From positions 807,679 to 871,678 of the forward strand of contig CAVXPZ010000003.1 of the NCBI GenBank assembly GCA_963763775.1: a stretch of DNA of 64,000 nt, read 5' to 3'. The notes beneath the pieces were generated by a model, which saw only the letters and a program-made list of their open reading frames with translations, had not been told where the DNA came from and ran no database searches. Below are positions 10,198 to 20,420 of this stretch, piece by piece. The DNA comes from an uncultured Chloroflexia bacterium. GTDB taxonomy: Bacteria; Chloroflexota; Limnocylindria; Limnocylindrales; CSP1-4. The translations under genes were made by a program, and so were the position numbers. The stretch's first letter is position 1; every line of letters starts with the position of its first letter.

Positions 10198-11171
10198 GCG
10201 ACCGCCTCCGTGCGCGCTCTTCGGCCCGCGTGGCCGGTGAGCGACAGGAACACGTCGTCGAGCGTCGGCCGGCGGATGCCGATGTCGTCGATCCCGATGG
10301 ATGCCTCGTCGAGGTCGCGGACGACCTGGACGAGCCGCGTCGCGCCGCCGTGGGCCGGGACGGTCAGGCGGCGGGTGTGCTCGTCGACGCTGGTCTGTGC
10401 GTCGCCGGACCGATCGAGGATCTCGACCGCCTTGGGGATGTCCGCCCGGTCGCGGACGACCACCTCGATGCGCTCGCCGCCGACCTGGCGCTTGAGCTCG
10501 TCCGCGGTCCCGCGCGCGATGATCTTCCCGTGATCGACGACCGCGATCGTGTCGGCGAGCTCGTCGGCCTCTTCGAGGTACTGCGTCGTGAGGAGCAGCG
10601 TCGTCCCGTCGCGGACGAGGCCACGGATGACGTCCCACATGCCGAGGCGGCTGCGCGGGTCCAGGCCGGTCGTGGGCTCGTCGAGGAACAGCAGCCGCGG
10701 TCGTCCGATGAGCGCGCTCGCCAGGTCGAGGCGTCGGCGCATGCCGCCGGAGTAGGTCTTGACCGTGCGGTCGGCGGCGTCGGTCAGCTCGAACTGCTCG
10801 AGGAGCTCGGTGGCGCGGTGCTTCGACTCGGCGCTCGCGAGCTGGTACAGCCGGCCGAACATCCAGAGGTTCTCGCGGGCCGTGAGGTTCTCGTCCACCG
10901 CGGCGTACTGCCCCGACAGCCCGATGACCGACCGGATCTGGTTGGCCTGGGTGGCGACGTCGAAGCCGGCCACCGAGGCACGGCCCGCGTCCGGCTTCAA
11001 CAGGGTCGCGAGGATCCGGACCGTGGTCGTCTTGCCGGCGCCGTTGGGGCCGAGCAGGCCGAGGACGGTGCCCTCGTCCACGGTCAGGTCGACGCCGTCG
11101 AGGGCACGGACCTCGTTCTTGCGGCTGCGGTAGACCTTGACGAGGCCTTCCGCGTCGATCGCGTGGGTCAT
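10194..11171 (-). CDS. DrrA-like ABC exporter ATP-binding subunit
   Basis: GPNGAGKTT, YSGGMRRRLDLA, LFLDEPTTGLDP, RRPTLDDVFLSLTG. Confidence 0.95.
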   Translation of the reverse strand: MTHAIDAEGLVKVYRSRKNEVRALDGVDLTVDEGTVLGLLGPNGAGKTTTVRILATLLKPDAGRASVAGFDVATQANQIRSVIGLSGQYAAVDENLTARENLWMFGRLYQLASAESKHRATELLEQFELTDAADRTVKTYSGGMRRRLDLASALIGRPRLLFLDEPTTGLDPRSRLGMWDVIRGLVRDGTTLLLTTQYLEEADELADTIAVVDHGKIIARGTADELKRQVGGERIEVVVRDRADIPKAVEILDRSGDAQTSVDEHTRRLTVPAHGGATRLVQVVRDLDEASIGIDDIGIRRPTLDDVFLSLTGHAGRRARTEAVA

Positions 11172-11328
11172 CCATCAGCCTTTCGTGGCGGCCCGGAGCG
11201 TGGTCGGGCGGTCGTCTCGAGGGGGAGGTCGAAGTATACGGCTCGTCCTGTGCCGCGCACCCCGCCGCCCGGCTCGCCCCGGTGGCGCTAGGCTCGACGG
11301 ACCGTCCCGTCGTCGATCTGGACCCCAC

Positions 11329-12627
11329 ATGACCAGCGCCCTGCATCCGGCCCGCCTCACTGCCTGGCTCACCCAGTGGCAAGCCATCGTGCCGCTGCTG
11401 GTGGCCGAGTTCGTGGTGTGGCTGGGGTTCGGCGGCCTGCTCCCGGTCCTGCCCATCTACTTCACCGAGCAGGGCGTCGATCTTGCGACCCTCGGCCTCG
11501 TGATCGCCGCTTGGCCCGCGGCCCGACTGGTGAGCGAGCCGATCTTCGGCTGGGTCGCCGACCGCACCGCGCGCGTGCCCCTCATGGTCATCGGCCTGGT
11601 CGCGACGGGCGTCTTCGGCGCGCTCCCGCTCATCCTGACCACGCCCCTCGCGTTCGTGCTGCTCCGCGCGGGAGCGGGGCTGAGCGCAGCCATGTACGAC
11701 CCCGCGGCCCGAGGACTCCTCACGGACGCGACGCCACCGGGCAAGCGCGGCGAGGCGTTCGGGCTGTACGGGGCGGCGCAGATGGGCGGGCTCCTGATCG
11801 GCCCGGCGATCGGCGCGTTCGGGGCCTCCCACTTCGGCGGGATCGGGTTCGTGTTCGTGTTCAGCGCCGTGGCGGCGTTCGCGTCGGCGCTCCTGATCGC
11901 GCTGCGCGTCCACGAGGCCCCCGGCCGGACGCACCCGGCGCCGTCGCCGGACTCGACGGAGTTCCCGCCCGACTCCGCCGCGCTCGCCCGTCGGGCGGCG
12001 GACGACATCGATGCCGACCGGGCCCGAGTCGCCGATGCCGGCGCCCCGTCGTCGCTCTGGAACCGCGGGTTGATCGCCGTCATCGTCATCAACGCCGGAG
12101 GTTATTACGCGGGCGGCACGTACGAGGTCATCTGGAGCCTGTTCCTGTCCGGGCTCGGTGCCGATCTTGCGTTCGTTGGGCTGACCTTCGCGATGTTCGG
12201 CCTGCCGGTCCTCCTCTTCTCGCCGCTCGCGGGCAAGATCGTCGACCGACGCGGGTCCTTCGCCTTCATCATCGTCGGCTCCCTGCTGCCCGCGATCTGC
12301 GGGATCCTGTACACGCGCCTCGAGTCGCCGGAGCCGGCCGTGCTGCTCATCCTCGTGGAGGCGACCGGGTTCGCCTTCCTGAACCCGGCGCTCTACGCGG
12401 TGGTCGCGGCCAATTCCCCGCCGGGCCGGTCGTCGACCGCGCAGGGGCTGTTCGGGGCGGCGGGAACGCTCGGGTTCATCGTGGCGTCGCTCGGCGCCGG
12501 GGTCCTCGCCGAGCGCGATATCCTCCTGCCGTTCTACGTGTTCTCGACCGTGCTGCTCTCGTCGCTGGTGGTCGGCCTGATCATCGGCGGCCCCCGACTT
12601 CGAGGTCGGCCCGCCGTCGTCGTTTGA
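11329..12627 (+). CDS. MFS transporter
   Basis: About 12 hydrophobic segments; motif A-like GWVADRTAR and GKIVDRRG. Confidence 0.9.
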   Translation: MTSALHPARLTAWLTQWQAIVPLLVAEFVVWLGFGGLLPVLPIYFTEQGVDLATLGLVIAAWPAARLVSEPIFGWVADRTARVPLMVIGLVATGVFGALPLILTTPLAFVLLRAGAGLSAAMYDPAARGLLTDATPPGKRGEAFGLYGAAQMGGLLIGPAIGAFGASHFGGIGFVFVFSAVAAFASALLIALRVHEAPGRTHPAPSPDSTEFPPDSAALARRAADDIDADRARVADAGAPSSLWNRGLIAVIVINAGGYYAGGTYEVIWSLFLSGLGADLAFVGLTFAMFGLPVLLFSPLAGKIVDRRGSFAFIIVGSLLPAICGILYTRLESPEPAVLLILVEATGFAFLNPALYAVVAANSPPGRSSTAQGLFGAAGTLGFIVASLGAGVLAERDILLPFYVFSTVLLSSLVVGLIIGGPRLRGRPAVVV

Positions 12628-12652
12628 CCGAACGGGGTCCGGCGACTACCAT
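12624..12652 (+). promoter_or_regulatory. sigma-70-type promoter for the tRNA
   Basis: TTGACC-17 nt-TACCAT immediately upstream of the tRNA. Confidence 0.75.
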
Positions 12653-12657
12653 CCGCG

Positions 12658-12732
12658 GGCGGGGTGGAGCAGCGGCAGCTCGTCGGGCTCATAACCCGAA
12701 GGTCACTGGTTCGAATCCAGTCCCCGCAACCA
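12658..12732 (+). tRNA. initiator tRNA-Met (CAT)
   Basis: Cloverleaf: anticodon arm TCGGG-CTCATAA-CCCGA with three consecutive G-C pairs, T-loop GTTCGAATC, encoded CCA, unpaired 1:72 position. Confidence 0.95.
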
Positions 12733-12745
12733 ACGCGCCCACCAT

Positions 12746-12776
12746 GAGACCCGGTCGATGGACCGGGTTTCTTGAT
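12746..12776 (+). terminator. intrinsic terminator after the tRNA
   Basis: GAGACCCGGTC-GATG-GACCGGGTTTC stem followed by TTGATT. Confidence 0.7.
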
Positions 12777-12927
12777 TCCGCGACCGGTCCGTGCGGCGCG
12801 GTCCCAGCCCCCGAGACGGAGAGCGGGTATCCTCACCCGCGTCGTCGGCCGATCTCCCTGTTCGGGACGAGTCCGACGCTGGACAGGAGGCGTCACGGCG
12901 CTGCCTCGCGCGGCGTCCTTGCACCCG

Positions 12928-14505
12928 ATGGATCACGACGACCCTTCCCCGGACCCCGACGCGACCGAAGTCAGCAGCCTCGAGCCCGAGCCGGAGCTCT
13001 ACGCCCCCGCACCACCCGGCGACGACGAAGCTTCTGGGTGGGGCGCGGACGAGGCTGAGCCGGCGCCGCCGACCGGCCTGCGCTCGTCGCGGACCCTCGC
13101 GGCGATCCTCTCGTTCTTCATCCCGGGCACCGGTCAGCTCCTGACGGGCCGCGTCCTGGCCGGGCTGCTCTTCCTCTCGCCGGTCATCGTCGCGGTCATC
13201 GCGGCCGTGGTCGCCTCGGGCGGCGACAAGGGCAAGCTCCTTGGCTACCTCGTGCAGCCGAGCGTGCTCCTGGCGATCGCCGCGCTCGACGGCCTGCTGT
13301 TCCTGTGGCGCGCCATCGCGATCATCGACGCCTGGTGGGGCCGCGGCTCACGCGCGCCGAAGTCGGTCGTCTCGGTCATCACCCTCCTGCTGCTGCTCGT
13401 GGTCACGGGCGCGACCCACTACGTGATCGGCTCGCAGGTCCTCGCGGCCCGGGACACCGTGGACGCGGTCTTCGCGACGTCGGACGACGGCGGCGACGAC
13501 GGCTTCGGGGTGATCCCTGACCCGACCCCGACACCCGCGCCCACGCCGACACCGAAGCCCGGCGACACCGCGGCCCCGACCGCAGCGCCGACCCCGACAC
13601 CCGAACCGACACCGCGCCCGGGACCGCTCGCGGACGGGCGTCTCGACGTGCTGCTGGTCGGCGGAGACGCCGGTCCGGGAAGGTGGAGCCTGCGGACCGA
13701 CACGCTCATCGTCCTGAGCGTGGATGCGCAGACCGGCGACTCAGCCCTCTTCTCGATCCCGCGCAACATGGTCAACGTCCCGCTGCCCAAGGAGAGCCGC
13801 GGCGCCTTCAAGTGCCGCTGCTACCCGCAACTGATCAACAGCCTGTATGTATATGCCTCAGGACACCCCGGGCAGTTCCCCGGCAACGACGACATCCGCG
13901 GGTTGCGGGCGGTCCAGATGGCGATCGGCACGCTGGTCGGGCGACAGCTCGACGGCATGGTCGTCGTCAAGCTCCAGGGGTTCGTCAAGCTCATCGACGC
14001 CATCCACGGGATCACCGTGACCGTCCCGCGCTCGATCCACGACGACCGCTACCCGCTCGAGAACGGCACCGGCTACGTGACGGTGAACATCCGGTCGGGG
14101 AAGCAGCACATGAACGGCCACAAGGCGCTCATGTACGCGCGGTCGCGGCATCAGGATTCGGACTACGGCCGGATGCAGCGCCAGCAGACCGTGATCTCGG
14201 CGATCGGCAAGAAGCTGCTCAAGGAGCCGCTCGTCATCCGCCTGCCGGACCTGCTCAAGATCGCCAAGGACAACCTCTGGACCAACCTCAAGACCAGGGA
14301 CCTGCCGGACCTCGCGGCCCTGGCCGAGCAGGTCGACCTGGGGGCGATGCGCAAGTACCGGTTCGTCCCGCCGCGCTACCCGGAGTACCTGAATGGCGCC
14401 ACGATCAAACAGATCCGGGCGCTCGTCGGGCACGTGTTCGACCACGCCGAGCCGCTCGACCGCCCGACCCCGCGCCCGACGGCGACGCCGACACCGACCC
14501 CATGA
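12928..14505 (+). CDS. LCP (LytR-CpsA-Psr) family cell-envelope protein
   Basis: N-terminal TM helices, Pro/Thr linker, LLVGGD, RTDTLI, SIPRN, ARSRH..SDYGRMQRQQ. Confidence 0.93.
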   Translation: MDHDDPSPDPDATEVSSLEPEPELYAPAPPGDDEASGWGADEAEPAPPTGLRSSRTLAAILSFFIPGTGQLLTGRVLAGLLFLSPVIVAVIAAVVASGGDKGKLLGYLVQPSVLLAIAALDGLLFLWRAIAIIDAWWGRGSRAPKSVVSVITLLLLLVVTGATHYVIGSQVLAARDTVDAVFATSDDGGDDGFGVIPDPTPTPAPTPTPKPGDTAAPTAAPTPTPEPTPRPGPLADGRLDVLLVGGDAGPGRWSLRTDTLIVLSVDAQTGDSALFSIPRNMVNVPLPKESRGAFKCRCYPQLINSLYVYASGHPGQFPGNDDIRGLRAVQMAIGTLVGRQLDGMVVVKLQGFVKLIDAIHGITVTVPRSIHDDRYPLENGTGYVTVNIRSGKQHMNGHKALMYARSRHQDSDYGRMQRQQTVISAIGKKLLKEPLVIRLPDLLKIAKDNLWTNLKTRDLPDLAALAEQVDLGAMRKYRFVPPRYPEYLNGATIKQIRALVGHVFDHAEPLDRPTPRPTATPTPTP

Positions 14506-14596
14506 TCCATCGCCCGACCCGCCCGCGATCGAGTGCTTGGCCCGCCCGCGATCGGGGCAGCGTTGGACGGATCGGGTCGAATCCGCTAGAGTGATC

Positions 14597-14656
14597 AGCA
14601 CAAGAACGCCTTTTCCTTGAACCCCGGGCCCGACCACCCGGGGTTCTTCCTTTTCC
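14597..14656 (+). ncRNA. candidate small RNA
   Basis: Preceded by TGGACG-17-TAGAGT (14564-14592); ends in a perfect 10-bp stem GAACCCCGGG/CCCGGGGTTC plus TTCCTTTT; no ORF. Confidence 0.5.
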
Positions 14657-14724
14657 GGACGCCGCGGACGTCGCGGACATCGCGGACCAGACGGCGCGTG
14701 CCGTCCCTCGCGTGTCGTCCCTCC

Positions 14725-14850
14725 GGCCGGGTACTGCCAGTACCCGACTCGCGACGCGTTCCTCGTGGTCGCCCACCGGATCGACAGGCCGCGGTCGGAA
14801 TCGCGCCGGGTCCACGCTCGGCTGTTCGGGAACCGGCACTGACGGTTGCC
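14725..14850. repeat. palindromic intergenic repeat, copy R1
   Basis: CGGGTACTG-C-CAGTACCCG ... CTCGTGG ... CCACGCTCGG ... CCGGCACTGACGGTT; 17 mismatches in 126 nt versus R2 (hand count). Confidence 0.85.
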
Positions 14851-14972
14851 GCCCACGATGGCGATGGACTGTGCTGCCGCTCGTTGCGCGTCATGGGGTC
14901 GGACCCAGACCTCGCGGACGCGACGAGGGACCCCGGCCCCAGGCCGAGGTCCCTCTGACGCGCCGGGATCCC

Positions 14973-16269
14973 CTATGGCGCGAGTCGCTGGTGGCTCGGA
15001 TAGCTGTGGGAATCCCAAGGCGTTGGCTTCGACGCACCCGTCGCAGGGTCCCAGAGCACCTGCGCCGAGCGGTTGCCGTTCGCATCGGTCGTCGTCCCGA
15101 GGATCACCGAATCGTCGGGTGCCCACGCCCACGCGGAGCAACACGCCCCCTCGACATCGCCGGCGTACTGCATCTCGATGCCCGGCCCGCTGCCGTCGGC
15201 CGGGATCGCGACCATGCGGGCCCCAGCGAACCCGCTGCCATAGCCTCGGATCATCGCGAGCCGCTTGCTGTCGTTGGACCAGGCGAAGCCCGCGTTCCAG
15301 TGCTCGGACGAGTCCACGACGATGTCATGCGTGCCATCGGCGTGCATGACGTGCATCCGGGCGGAGACGTCGTCCGAGTCCTGCCACGCGTTGTAGGTCA
15401 GGAGGGTGCCATCGGGCGAGAAGACCGGACGGTTCATCGAGCCGACGGGGTCCGCCGGCACGATCGGTCGCAGATGGGATCCGTCAGGGCGAACGGCGTA
15501 GATCGCGTCGCGGTCGCCGACGTAGCGAGTCCCGACGAACGCGATCTCGTCGCCGAGTGGTGCTCGATACGACGGGTCGACGGCGATCATCCCGACGTTG
15601 ACCTGGTGGAATGCGGTCCCATCCGACCGGGCGATGAACATCGCGGGCTCCGTCGGAGCCGATACCGGCGGCGACGCGCGCTGTCCCGCCGATCAGGATC
15701 TCCATCCCGTCGGGCGAGAACGCATACGAGTCGAGGGTCAGGAATTCGCTCGGCGTGACCCGCGTGAGGCCGCTGCCGTCGGGTCCCACCACGTATAGCG
15801 ACGTGCCGCCGGAATCGGTCTTGCGGGCGAAGGCGATCTTCGTGCCGTCGAGCGACCAGCGAGGTTCCGTGTCGGTCGTGGCACCGGTCACGATGGCCGT
15901 GGTCTGGCCGGTGACCTGGTCTCCGACGTAGATGTCGCCATCCCGTTCGAACGCGATCAGGCCGTTCGCGGCCGGGCCGAATGGTGACGGCAGTCGGTGC
16001 GGCAAGGCCCCGACGACCACGATCGTGCCCACGAGGAGGGCGAGGAGGACGAGCGCCACGCCGAGGGTCCGCCACGGAAGCCCTGGGACGCGGACGCGCT
16101 CGCTTGCGATGTCTGCCATGGGAAGCCACCTTCCTGGGAACGTCCAGGCGGGCCGCTGGCGCGTGCCGGCGGTCCGGCGGACGATGTCGTCTCGGTAGGG
16201 GAGCTCCGGCTGGAGATAGAGGTCCAGCAGGAGATCGGGGAGGGCGCGTTCGATTCGATCGGTCGTCAT
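14973..16269 (-). CDS. putative anti-sigma/sensor 1: N-terminal cytoplasmic domain, TM helix, TolB-like (PD40) propeller; frameshift near 15650
   Basis: QRPAWTFPGRWLPM, TM helix, PFGPAANG, repeated WSLDG/FSPDG/WSNDS/WAPDD blades; ATGA overlap with sigma 1. Confidence 0.85.
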
Positions 16270-16829
16270 GCGACCTGCCCTCCGGTCACGGTGGCCCGGG
16301 CCGGTGTGGTCTCGGCTGCGGCCGTCGCTCGCATCGCGGCGAGTGCGTAGTGCAGCCGGGACTTCGCGGTCCCGAGCGGGATCCCCAGGGATGCGGCCAC
16401 CTCCTGCAGCGGCATCCCCAGCAGGTAGTGCATAGCGACGACCGCTCGGTGCCCCGGGTCCAGGCGTCCGAGCGCTTGGTCGACGAGGTCGCGGTCGGCG
16501 AGGGCACCGGCGATGTCCGCGCCGGACGGCATGTCGATCGGGGTGAGCTCGACCTCGATCGCGCGCCGCCGTCGCCGGCGGAGGAGGTCGAGGCAGGAGT
16601 TGACGGTCAGCTTGTGGAGCCAGCCGTCGAATCGGTCAGGGTCACGAAGGCCCGGCAGGTCTCGCCAGGCCCGGATGAGGGCCTCCTGGACCGCATCGCG
16701 CGCGAGCTCGGGGTCCCGGAGGATGAGGCGAGCGGCCGCGTCCAGCCGCGCGAGGCGCAGGTCGACGAGATCGGCGAAGGCGTCATGATCGCCTCGCTTC
16801 GCTCGTTCGACGCGGTCTCGCTGGTCCAC
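16266..16829 (-). CDS. ECF RNA polymerase sigma factor 1
   Basis: Region 2 ARDAVQEALIRAW..RFDGWL and region 4 EVAASLGIPLGTAKSRLHYA; GTG start. Confidence 0.95.
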   Translation of the reverse strand: MDQRDRVERAKRGDHDAFADLVDLRLARLDAAARLILRDPELARDAVQEALIRAWRDLPGLRDPDRFDGWLHKLTVNSCLDLLRRRRRRAIEVELTPIDMPSGADIAGALADRDLVDQALGRLDPGHRAVVAMHYLLGMPLQEVAASLGIPLGTAKSRLHYALAAMRATAAAETTPARATVTGGQVA

Positions 16830-16875
16830 GGTCGCCTCGGTCTTCGGCACGGCTCGTGGTGGTCGTGCTCGAAGG

Positions 16876-16905
16876 GTATGGCGCCGCCGTCGCGCGAAAG
16901 GTTCA
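16876..16905 (-). promoter_or_regulatory. ECF-type promoter of cassette 1
   Basis: TGAACC-17-GCCATAC; motif shared by all nine cassettes. Confidence 0.75.
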
Positions 16906-16936
16906 ACGGCCCGGTCGACGGGTCCACCTACCCACG

Positions 16937-17062
16937 GGCCGGGTACTCCAAGTACCCGTTTCGCGACGTCTTCCTCGTGGTCGCCCACCGGATCGACACG
17001 CGGCTGTCGGAATCGCGACTCGTCCACGCTCGGAAGTCCGGGAACCGGGACTGACCGTTGCC
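16937..17062. repeat. palindromic intergenic repeat, copy R2
   Basis: CGGGTACT-CCA-AGTACCCG ... CTCGTGG ... CCACGCTCGG ... CCGGGACTGACCGTT. Confidence 0.85.
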
Positions 17063-17140
17063 TCGAGGGCGGCAATGTCGTCGACAGCGCGGGACCCCGA
17101 CCCTCAGGCCGGGGTTCCGCCCGTTTTGGAGGACCGGTGG

Positions 17141-18430
17141 TCAGTGCGCGATGCGCTGCCAGTTCGGATACGAGGCGTCGGTCCAGGGGAGCGGCTTCGC
17201 AGGCCCGCCCTTCGGGTCGAGGAGCATCGCGTTGCTGCGTGTCCCGTTGGATTCGGGAAGGAGCAGGATCGACGAGTCGTCCGGTGCCCAGTCGATCCGG
17301 CAACAGCCTGGCGTCGGTCCGGTCTCGGTGACCTTTCCGGTCTTCACGTCGATGATCGCGTACGGCGCGGACATGTCGACCCCGGGGTCGGTGCGTCGCA
17401 ACCGCTGGACGGCGATGCGAGTCCCGTCGTTGGACCAGATGGGCCAGGCGGTCAGCCAGTAGTTCGGGTCCGCCCCGAGCTCGCGGCGTCCGGTGCCATC
17501 GGCGTTCATCACGTACAGGCGCATCGTGCCCGTGGCGTCGTCCGACTCCGGGAACGCGATCTGCGACCCGTCTGGCGAGTACCGCGGTTCGCGGAGCGTG
17601 TACTGGAGGTTGCCGCTCGTGGCGGGCGGGATCAACGGATGCAGGTCGCTGCCGTCCGCGTTCATCACGTAGAGCCCGACCTTGTCGAGGACCTGGCCGC
17701 GGAAGAGGATCTCGTTGCCGGTCGGCGGGCGGAAGACCGGGACGTCCACGTCGATCCCGCTCGTCAAGGTCTTGGGCGGGTCGATCCCGGCGCCGTCGTA
17801 GGTCACCACATCGGCGATCGCCTGGTCCGAGGTGGACGCGACGATATCGCCAGTTGGCGTCCAGTCCCACCAGTTCGGCGAGGCCAGGGGATCGGGCGTG
17901 ATGGCATGCACGTTGGTGCCGTCGGCGTTCATCGCCATGATCCGGAAGAAGCTCCCGTTCCCGATGTCCGGTTGTCGCTGGAACGCGATCTGCGTCCCGT
18001 CGCGAGAGAAGACCGGCTCGACGTCCGTGGTGTCGCCGCCAAGGATCAGTCGTGACTGTCCCGTCACCGGGTCGCCGACATAGATGTCGCCGTTGATGGC
18101 GTAGGGGATGACGCCGTTGGCGGCCGGGCCGAACGGCGCCGGGAGGCGTCGCTGCTGCGAGCCGGCGACCAGCAGGACGCCGACGATCAGGGCCAGCACG
18201 AGCAGCGCGACGGCGATCATCCGCCACGGGGCCCTGGGCGTGTACGCCCGCTCTTGGGTGATGTCAGCCATGGGGAGCCACCTTTCGGGGAACGTCCACG
18301 AGGGACGTTGCGGTCGGGACGAGGCACGCTCGATGGCGGCCTCGAGGTAGTCGGGGGTACGGGCGTCCGCGAGCTCGTCGAAGAGCCCAGCAAGGACGCG
18401 GTCGGCTCGGGAGGAACGATCCATGGTCAT
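17141..18430 (-). CDS. putative anti-sigma/sensor 2 with TolB-like propeller
   Basis: QRPSWTFPERWLPM, TM helix, PFGPAANG, FSRDG/YSPDG/WSNDG/WAPDD repeats. Confidence 0.9.
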   Translation of the reverse strand: MTMDRSSRADRVLAGLFDELADARTPDYLEAAIERASSRPQRPSWTFPERWLPMADITQERAYTPRAPWRMIAVALLVLALIVGVLLVAGSQQRRLPAPFGPAANGVIPYAINGDIYVGDPVTGQSRLILGGDTTDVEPVFSRDGTQIAFQRQPDIGNGSFFRIMAMNADGTNVHAITPDPLASPNWWDWTPTGDIVASTSDQAIADVVTYDGAGIDPPKTLTSGIDVDVPVFRPPTGNEILFRGQVLDKVGLYVMNADGSDLHPLIPPATSGNLQYTLREPRYSPDGSQIAFPESDDATGTMRLYVMNADGTGRRELGADPNYWLTAWPIWSNDGTRIAVQRLRRTDPGVDMSAPYAIIDVKTGKVTETGPTPGCCRIDWAPDDSSILLLPESNGTRSNAMLLDPKGGPAKPLPWTDASYPNWQRIAH

Positions 18431-18993
18431 CCGACCGGCCCTCCGAGTGCGGCCGCGCCTGCGGACGTGACCTCGTCGATCGAGACAGCGGAGCGCATGG
18501 CCCCGAGCGATCGATGGAGACGCGATTTCGCCGTCCCGATCGGGATCCCGAGCGTGGCGGCGACTTGAGGCAATGGCATGTCGACGTAGAGATGCAGGAC
18601 GACGACGGCGCGCGCTTCCGGCTCGAGCCGAGCGAGCACGCGGTCGAGCAGATCGCGTTCCGCGATCCGGCCGGCGTCGTCCTGCGTGGGAAGGTCGTTG
18701 ATCTCGGTGAGCTCGACTTCGATCACGCGTCGCCGGCGCTTGCGGATGAGGTCGATGCAGGCGTGCGCCACGAGGCTGTGCAGCCAGTGGTCGAACGTCG
18801 CGGGGTCGCGCAGCCCCGGCAGGCTGCGCCAGGCCCGGATCAGGGTCTCCTGGACGGCGTCCTGGGCCAGTTCCGGGTCACGGAGGATGAGGCGAGCGGT
18901 GGCGTCCAGGCGCGCACCGGACGCGCGGGCGAGTTCAGCGAAGGCTTGCCGGTCGCCTCGCTGTGCCCGTTCCACGAGTCCGTGCTGGTCCAC
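18427..18993 (-). CDS. ECF RNA polymerase sigma factor 2
   Basis: AQDAVQETLIRAW and GIPIGTAKSRLHRS. Confidence 0.95.
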   Translation of the reverse strand: MDQHGLVERAQRGDRQAFAELARASGARLDATARLILRDPELAQDAVQETLIRAWRSLPGLRDPATFDHWLHSLVAHACIDLIRKRRRRVIEVELTEINDLPTQDDAGRIAERDLLDRVLARLEPEARAVVVLHLYVDMPLPQVAATLGIPIGTAKSRLHRSLGAMRSAVSIDEVTSAGAAALGGPVG

Positions 18994-19041
18994 GATCGCC
19001 TCTCGGCTTTCGGCGCGACCTGGATAGCCGCGTTCGATAGC

Positions 19042-19072
19042 CTACGGCGCTGGTGTCGGCCCGGAAGGTTCC
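19042..19072 (-). promoter_or_regulatory. ECF-type promoter of cassette 2
   Basis: GGAACC-18-GCCGTAG. Confidence 0.7.
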
Positions 19073-19114
19073 CAGTTCCCTTCCGGGCCGGAGGTTCAGG
19101 GCGGTGGGTCGGCG

Positions 19115-20420
19115 TCAGGGGCCGACGCGCTGCCAACTGCCCTCGCCGCTTGCGGACCACGGCATCTCGGTCACGCGTCCCGTGGCCGGGTCGGCGAGAA
19201 CGTGACGCGCCGTGGGGGTGTCCGCATCGAGGCTGCCGAGTAGCGACGCGTCGTCCGGCGACCACGACCAGCCACCGCCGCAGGTCCCGCCGCCGATCTC
19301 CGGGCAGACGAGTTCCACGGACCCACCGGTTCCGTCGATCGATACCACCGCGGACCGATCGTTCGAGAAGTCAGGCGCGTACCCGCGGTCCACGATCATC
19401 CGGGTGGAGTCGTTCGACCACGCCCCGGGGCTGATGTGGACAGCCCCGGGGTCCGAGCCAACGAGATGGTCGCCCGTCCCGTCGGCCGCCATGACGTGCG
19501 CCTGGGAGCTGCTTCCGTCGACATTCGGGTCGAACTTGCCATACGAGACCCATCGGCCGTCGGGGGACCACCTCGCGCCGTAGATGTCGGATGTGGACGA
19601 CGGTTCGATCAGGGTCCGATGGGCGCCAGTGTCCAGGTCGAACACCGACAGACTACGCGATGCCGCCACCAGGGAGTCGTTCCGTCACCAGGACCTGCGA
19701 ACCGTCGGTCGGGCGATAGGCCGGTGCCTCGACCTCGTCGACATCTGTCGGGAGCTGCACATCGACGGTCTTCGGGGGGCGGGAGCCATCGCTGGCGACC
19801 TCGAAGAGCCGCGCTTGCCCGTCGATCAGGGCGGTCACGAGAAGGCCGCGACCATCCGGCGAGAACGTCCAGTCGAGCAACGCATCGACCGGATCCGGGG
19901 TCACCCTGGCCAGTCCGGTCCCGTCGGTCTTCACGACGAAGATCGCCAGATCGCCTGAAGTGACCTGGCGCTTGAAGGCCACATGCGTACCGTCGGCGGA
20001 GTACACGGGCAGAGAGTCCGACTCCGGGCCACCGACGAGCACTTGCGTCTTCGTCGTGGCAGGGTCAAGGGTCAGGATGTCGCCCGCCCCTTCGAAAGCG
20101 ATCAGACCGTTGTGAGCGACGCCGAATGGCGGTGGCAGTTTCGGCTGCTGTGCGCCGATGAAGGCCACGGTGCCGGCGACGAGGAGCGCAAGGGTGACGA
20201 GGGCGAGCGCGATCATGCGCCACGGCATTCGCGGGGCGAACGCCCCGGTCCGGGTGATGTCAGCCATGGGGATCCACCTTTCGGGGAACGTCCACGCAGG
20301 GCGCTGCCGCATCCGGCCGGTCTGCGAGAAGACGTCGTCGAGGTATTCGGGGGTGGGACCCATCGCCAGGTCGGTCAGGATGGACGGAAGGCCGCGCTCG
20401 AGGCGCTCGGGGGTGGTCAT
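19115..20420 (-). CDS. putative anti-sigma/sensor 3 with TolB-like propeller; frameshift near 19665
   Basis: QRPAWTFPERWIPM, TM helix, PFGVAHNG, FSPDG/WSPDG/WSNDS/WSPDD repeats. Confidence 0.85.

Noticed and set aside
13520-13620. CCGACN-type tandem repeats in the LCP gene and in receptor linkers
   Set aside because: They encode ordinary Pro/Thr linkers.
14657-14687. Short CGCGGAC repeats with a 9-nt period
   Set aside because: Three imperfect GC-rich copies; not distinguishable from slippage or chance.
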